NCBI GenBank assembly: GCA_963827235.1 | Contig: CAWHAE010000007.1 | Location: forward strand, 11,726 to 75,725 | Origin: an uncultured bacterium | GTDB lineage: Bacteria; Chloroflexota; UBA5177; JANWHV01 | DNA length: 64,000 bases | Direction: 5' to 3' | In this document: piece after piece, positions 61,318 to 64,000 of the stretch | Layout: each line of letters opens with the position of its first letter | Numbering within the stretch: position 1 is the first letter of the stretch | Notes under the pieces: generated by a model | What the model was told of the DNA's origin: nothing | The model's input: the letters and a program-made list of their open reading frames with translations, nothing else | The model's database searches: none | Translations under genes and position numbers: made by a program

Positions 61318-64000
61318 ATGTCCCTTCCCACCGCCGCCGGACCAACAATCCGCTATTCGCAGCAGTATCGCCGCTGCGGCAAGCGGGGCTGTCCCACGTG
61401 CACTCCACCCGCTCGTGGCCATGGCCCGTACTGGTACGCCTACTGGTGGGAGGGCGGCCGAGTGCGCTGCCGCTATCTGGGCAAGCAGCCGCCGTCCCTC
61501 GAACCGCCGCCGGCACCGATACGCGCCGCGCCGGCATCCGCGATTGCCCTGCGCGTGCAGACTCTGGGCGGCTTCGCCGTATGGCGGGCCGGGGAGTTGG
61601 TGCCGGCGGGCACATGGGGCCGAAAGAAGGTGGCTGCGCTCTTCAAGTGCCTGCTGAGTGCCCCCGGCCACCGCCTGCATCGAGAGCAGCTCCTGGATTC
61701 TGCTCTTCCCGGATGCCGAACCGGCCGAGGCCGCCAAGCGCCTCCGCGCCACGGTCTACCTGCTGCGAAAGCTGCTCGACATGCCCGAGGCCCCGGCCAG
61801 CCACCTACAGAGCCAGGGCAATCTGCTGGCTCTGCTACCCGCGCCGGCCGGGGAGCCGGACCCTGACTGGCTCGATGCCACCGCCTTCCTGCGCGCCGCC
61901 ACCGCGGCGCTGGCAGGCTCGGACCCGACGGCCTGCCGGACGGCTCTGGCCCTCTACGGAGGCGAGTACCTGCCCGAGGACCGCTACGAGGAGTGGGCCG
62001 AACGTCGCCGTGACGAGCTGCGCGAGCGGCACGTGGCTGTTCTCATGCACCTGGCGGACCTGTTCGCCGCCGCGGGGGAGATAGAGGAGGCACTGGGCTG
62101 CCTCCGCGCGGTGCTCACCCTCGACCGCTGTCACGAAGATGCCGCGCGCCAACTGATGGCCGTGTTAGCGGGTGCTGGCCGGCGCAGCGAGGCCCTGGAA
62201 GTCTACCGCGCCCTGGCAACCGCACTGGAGGAGGAGGTGGGGGAGCCGCCCGCGCGCGAGACACGCGCGCTACGGGCTCGGCTGCTGGCCGAGGCGCCGC
62301 TGGCCGTGCTGCCCGCAACCCCCCACACCAATCTGCCGTCGCCCCTTACCAGTTTCGTGGGCAGAGACTGGGAGCGTACCGAGCTGGCCGGGCTCTTGCG
62401 CCAGGAGGCGGGGGGCTGCCGGCTACTTACCCTGCTCGGGGCCGGCGGCTGCGGGAAGACCCGCCTGGCGGTGGAGACGGCGCGTGGACTCCTCGACGAG
62501 TACCCCGATGGCGTGTTCCTCGTGGAGTTGGGGGCGCTGACAGACCCGGCCCTGCTGGCCCAGACCGTGGCGTCGACCTTCGGCCTGAGCGAGGAGCCGG
62601 GTCGATCCAGCGTCGACCAGCTCACGGCCCATCTGGCGCCACGGCGGCTGCTCCTGGTACTGGACAACTGCGAGCACCTGGTCAAGGGTTGCGCCGGCCT
62701 GGCCACCCGACTGCTGCAGGCAGCGGCGCGGCTGCAGATCCTTGCTACCAGCCAAGCAGCACTCGGCGTACTGGGCGAGCAGCTCTGGCGGGTGCCCTCC
62801 CTGGCACTGCCCGAGCGGGGTGACCTGGAGGCGGCCGACCTGGCGGCCTATGAGGCGGTACAGCTCTTCGTCGAGCGGGCCCAGGCTGCCCGGCCCCGCT
62901 TTGTTCTCGCCGAGCGGAACGCGGCCGCCGTGCTGCACATCTGCCGGCAGCTGGACGGCATCCCGCTCGCCATCGAACTTGCCGCGGCACGGATGGCAGT
63001 GCTCTCCGCGGAGGGGCTGGCATCGCGCCTGGACGACCGCTTCGCGTTGCTCACGAGCGGGAACCAATCCGCCTCGCCCCGGCAGCAGACGCTGCGGGCT
63101 ACCGTGGAGTGGAGCGTGGGACTGCTGAGCAGCGCCGAGCGGCTCCTCCTGCCGCGGCTCTCGGTCTTCGTGGGCGGCTGGACGCTGGAGGCCGCGGAGG
63201 CGGTGTGTGCGGGGCCGGGGCTGCTCAAGCACCACGTGCTGGAGCAGCTGGACGGGTTAGTGGCCAAGTCGCTGGTGCAGGTGGACGAGCCAAAAGAGGA
63301 GCAGCGCTACCGGCTGCTGGAGTCGGTACGCGCCTTCGCGCAAGAGCTGGGCGAGGCCGCAGGTGAGCTGGATACCGCACGGGAGCGGCACTTTGCCTGG
63401 GCCATAGAGCTGGCAGAGGCGACTGCGCCGAAGCTGCAGGGGCAGGAGCAGGCAAAGTGGCTGGCAATCCTGGAAACCGAGCACGGTAACCTTCGCGCCG
63501 CATACAGCCACCCACGCGCTTCAGGCGGCGAGCACCCGGCGCAGCTCCGGTTGGTGGCCGCCTTGTGGCCCTTCTGGGAAATGCGCGGCCACCTGAGCGA
63601 GGGCAGAAGATTGGCCGAGGGTGCGCTTCAGCGCGCGAGCCGGCCGTCGTCACTGCGCGCGGAAACGTTGCTTGCGGCCGGCGTGTTGGCAACCCGCCAG
63701 GGCGACTATGCGGTGGCCGAGACACGTCTGAACGAGAGCCTTGCGGTCTTTGAAGGGCTTGGCGAGAAGTTGGGCGCGGCGCGCGCGCGAATGAGCCTGG
63801 GTCATCTCGGTGTCTTCAAGGGAGAAGATACGGCGTCGACGTTGGTCGAGCAGGCTCTTGCCGTCTTCCGTGCCCACGGAGATCACTTCAATGCCGCCAA
63901 GGCGCTGAGCAGCCTTGGTGTGGCCGCCATGTATCGAGGAGACTACCGGCAAGCCGCTGCGTTGCTTCGCGAGTGCATGGGCTTACAATGTGACTTTGCT
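61318..64000 (+). CDS. DUF6788 / SARP-BTAD / STAND ATPase / TPR regulator (frameshift near 61699; 3'-partial)
   Basis: YRRCGKRGCPTC...HGPYWY (DUF6788-like), LRVQTLGGF wHTH; after a one-base shift: ALYGGEYLPEDRYEEW (BTAD), NLPSPLTSFVGR, GAGGCGKT, LVLDNCEH, LDGIPLAIEL, TPRs. Confidence 0.85.

Noticed and set aside
1-64000. CRISPR array, rRNA or tRNA genes
   Set aside because: I saw no regularly spaced identical repeats or RNA-gene signatures by eye; the repeats present are protein-coding (YD, PD40, propeller).

Overview
GC-rich bacterial DNA, probably from a Chloroflexota-like or other monoderm soil organism. That call is an inference from the DUF6788-SARP and XRE-STAND-TPR regulators, Sec/Tat-exported proteins and the lack of outer-membrane genes. 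The left part (1-37 kb) is mostly carbohydrate catabolism: two sugar ABC operons (one ROK-led with a class III aminotransferase, one LacI-controlled with GH127/146, GH31 and GH51), a second GH51, GH78, SDRs, an ECF sigma factor, AraC and MFS genes, several gene remnants and a truncated IS630. Genes at 30-36.5 kb carry many frameshifts that may be sequencing errors. The right part (37-64 kb) is an exported-protein/STAND-regulator island: a 2890-aa signal-peptide RHS protein whose RHS core is followed by about 1700 aa of Ig/FlgD/TolB-like domains, an XRE-ATPase-TPR regulator, a GH151-like hydrolase, a papain-family protease with a 7-repeat lectin-like propeller, a tachylectin-like protein and a DUF6788-SARP-ATPase-TPR regulator. 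Two pairs of homologous non-coding elements were found by eye: a ~170-bp operator/promoter/leader shared by two unrelated secreted-protein genes (56013-56182 and 60886-61058), and a ~120-bp promoter/RBS block repeated at 38082 and 51587. All family assignments come from motif recognition; no database search was run.
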